A program made the translations under genes and the position numbers. 64,000 nucleotides of DNA from Candidatus Doudnabacteria bacterium (GTDB taxonomy: Bacteria > Patescibacteriota > Doudnabacteria > UBA920 > VMFF01), in the NCBI GenBank assembly GCA_963840645.1, contig CAWIZL010000002.1:273663-337662 (forward strand), read 5' to 3'. The notes below the pieces were generated by a model that was not told where the DNA came from, ran no database searches, and saw only the letters and a list, made by a program, of their open reading frames with translations. How positions within the stretch are numbered: position 1 is the stretch's first letter; every line of letters begins with the position of its first letter. This document shows, piece by piece, positions 63,506-64,000 of the stretch.

Positions 63506-63534
63506 ATTCTACAACTAAAAATATATTTTGTCAA
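63506..63534 (-). promoter_or_regulatory. Near-consensus sigma-70 promoter
   Basis: In minus sense: TTGACA (63534-63529), a 17-nt spacer, then TAGAAT (63511-63506). Confidence 0.6.
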
Positions 63535-63546
63535 CAGCAGCCACTG

Positions 63547-63577
63547 AAAAGAAAAAACTCCAGCGTGTAGCTGGAGT
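63547..63577 (-). terminator. Rho-independent terminator
   Basis: In minus sense: ACTCCAGC-TACAC-GCTGGAGT followed by TTTTTTCTTTT. Confidence 0.8.
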
Positions 63578-63593
63578 CTTAATCTATCGAATT

Positions 63594-64000
63594 TTAGTTC
63601 TCAAATATCACGCCGCCGTACGTATCATTTGGCTTAACGGGAATTGCGGGGACAGTAGTTTGCTGGGTGGCTGTTGTCGTCACTGGCATTGTGAGGAGCG
63701 GTGCGCCACTCGCCGACGTGGTGGTCGTTGGCGTCACTGTTGGCGTTGATGTAGGTGTTGGTGCGGCAGGAGCTTGGCTAATGATGGTGATGACGTTCAC
63801 CAAGTTCGTGTTGTCAGGCTGGGTCTGCGCGCTAATCTTCACGGTCTCGCCAACTGCGAGTGCCGCGAACGACAAGTTGAACCCATCTGTGTCCGTAATT
63901 TTTATGTTGCGTGGGTCAATGGTGAACTTGTTTGTGTCAACGGTAACGCTGCCGTTTGCAATTGCCACAAGCTTGCCTGTGACGCTAACCGTTGCCGGTG
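63594..64000 (-). CDS. Hypothetical Thr/Pro-rich (probably secreted) protein, partial; the N-terminus lies beyond the right window edge
   Basis: The track ORF frame stays open upstream to nt 64000 (..PATVSVTGKLVAIANGSVTV..). Stop at 63594. Confidence 0.55.
   Translation of the reverse strand, partial: PATVSVTGKLVAIANGSVTVDTNKFTIDPRNIKITDTDGFNLSFAALAVGETVKISAQTQPDNTNLVNVITIISQAPAAPTPTSTPTVTPTTTTSASGAPLLTMPVTTTATQQTTVPAIPVKPNDTYGGVIFEN

Overview
This is a gene-dense 64-kb chromosomal window with roughly mid-50s % GC by eye and several clearly lower-GC patches. The gene content suggests a small-genome, Gram-positive-type or candidate-phyla-radiation-like bacterium, but that is inference only. 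Housekeeping content: infC-rpmI-rplT, tmRNA (ssrA), smpB, argS, a T-box-controlled ileS, recO, pcrA/uvrD, rsmA, radA, recG, a ccdA/thioredoxin/msrA module, and two tRNAs (Arg-GCG, Ser-UGA). Accessory content: (i) one ~10.8-kb giant surface-protein gene (HTH, TM, tail-fibre-like repeats, 4 x 426-bp near-identical GC-rich tandem repeats), divergent from a PaaX-like regulator across a 550-bp AT-rich, palindrome-rich control region; (ii) a ~12.6-kb type-IV-secretion-like operon (VirB6-, PrgI/VirB3- and VirB4-like genes plus lineage-specific ORFs), with the VirD4-like coupling ATPase in a separate operon next to a Clp-like AAA+ gene; (iii) two families of structured intergenic repeats. I found about 20 single-base frame breaks, including in rplT, infC, argS and pcrA, several at short G or C runs. 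Many split ORFs in the track are therefore probably single genes, and the breaks are probably technical. I recognised no rRNA, CRISPR array, transposase, integrase or relaxase.
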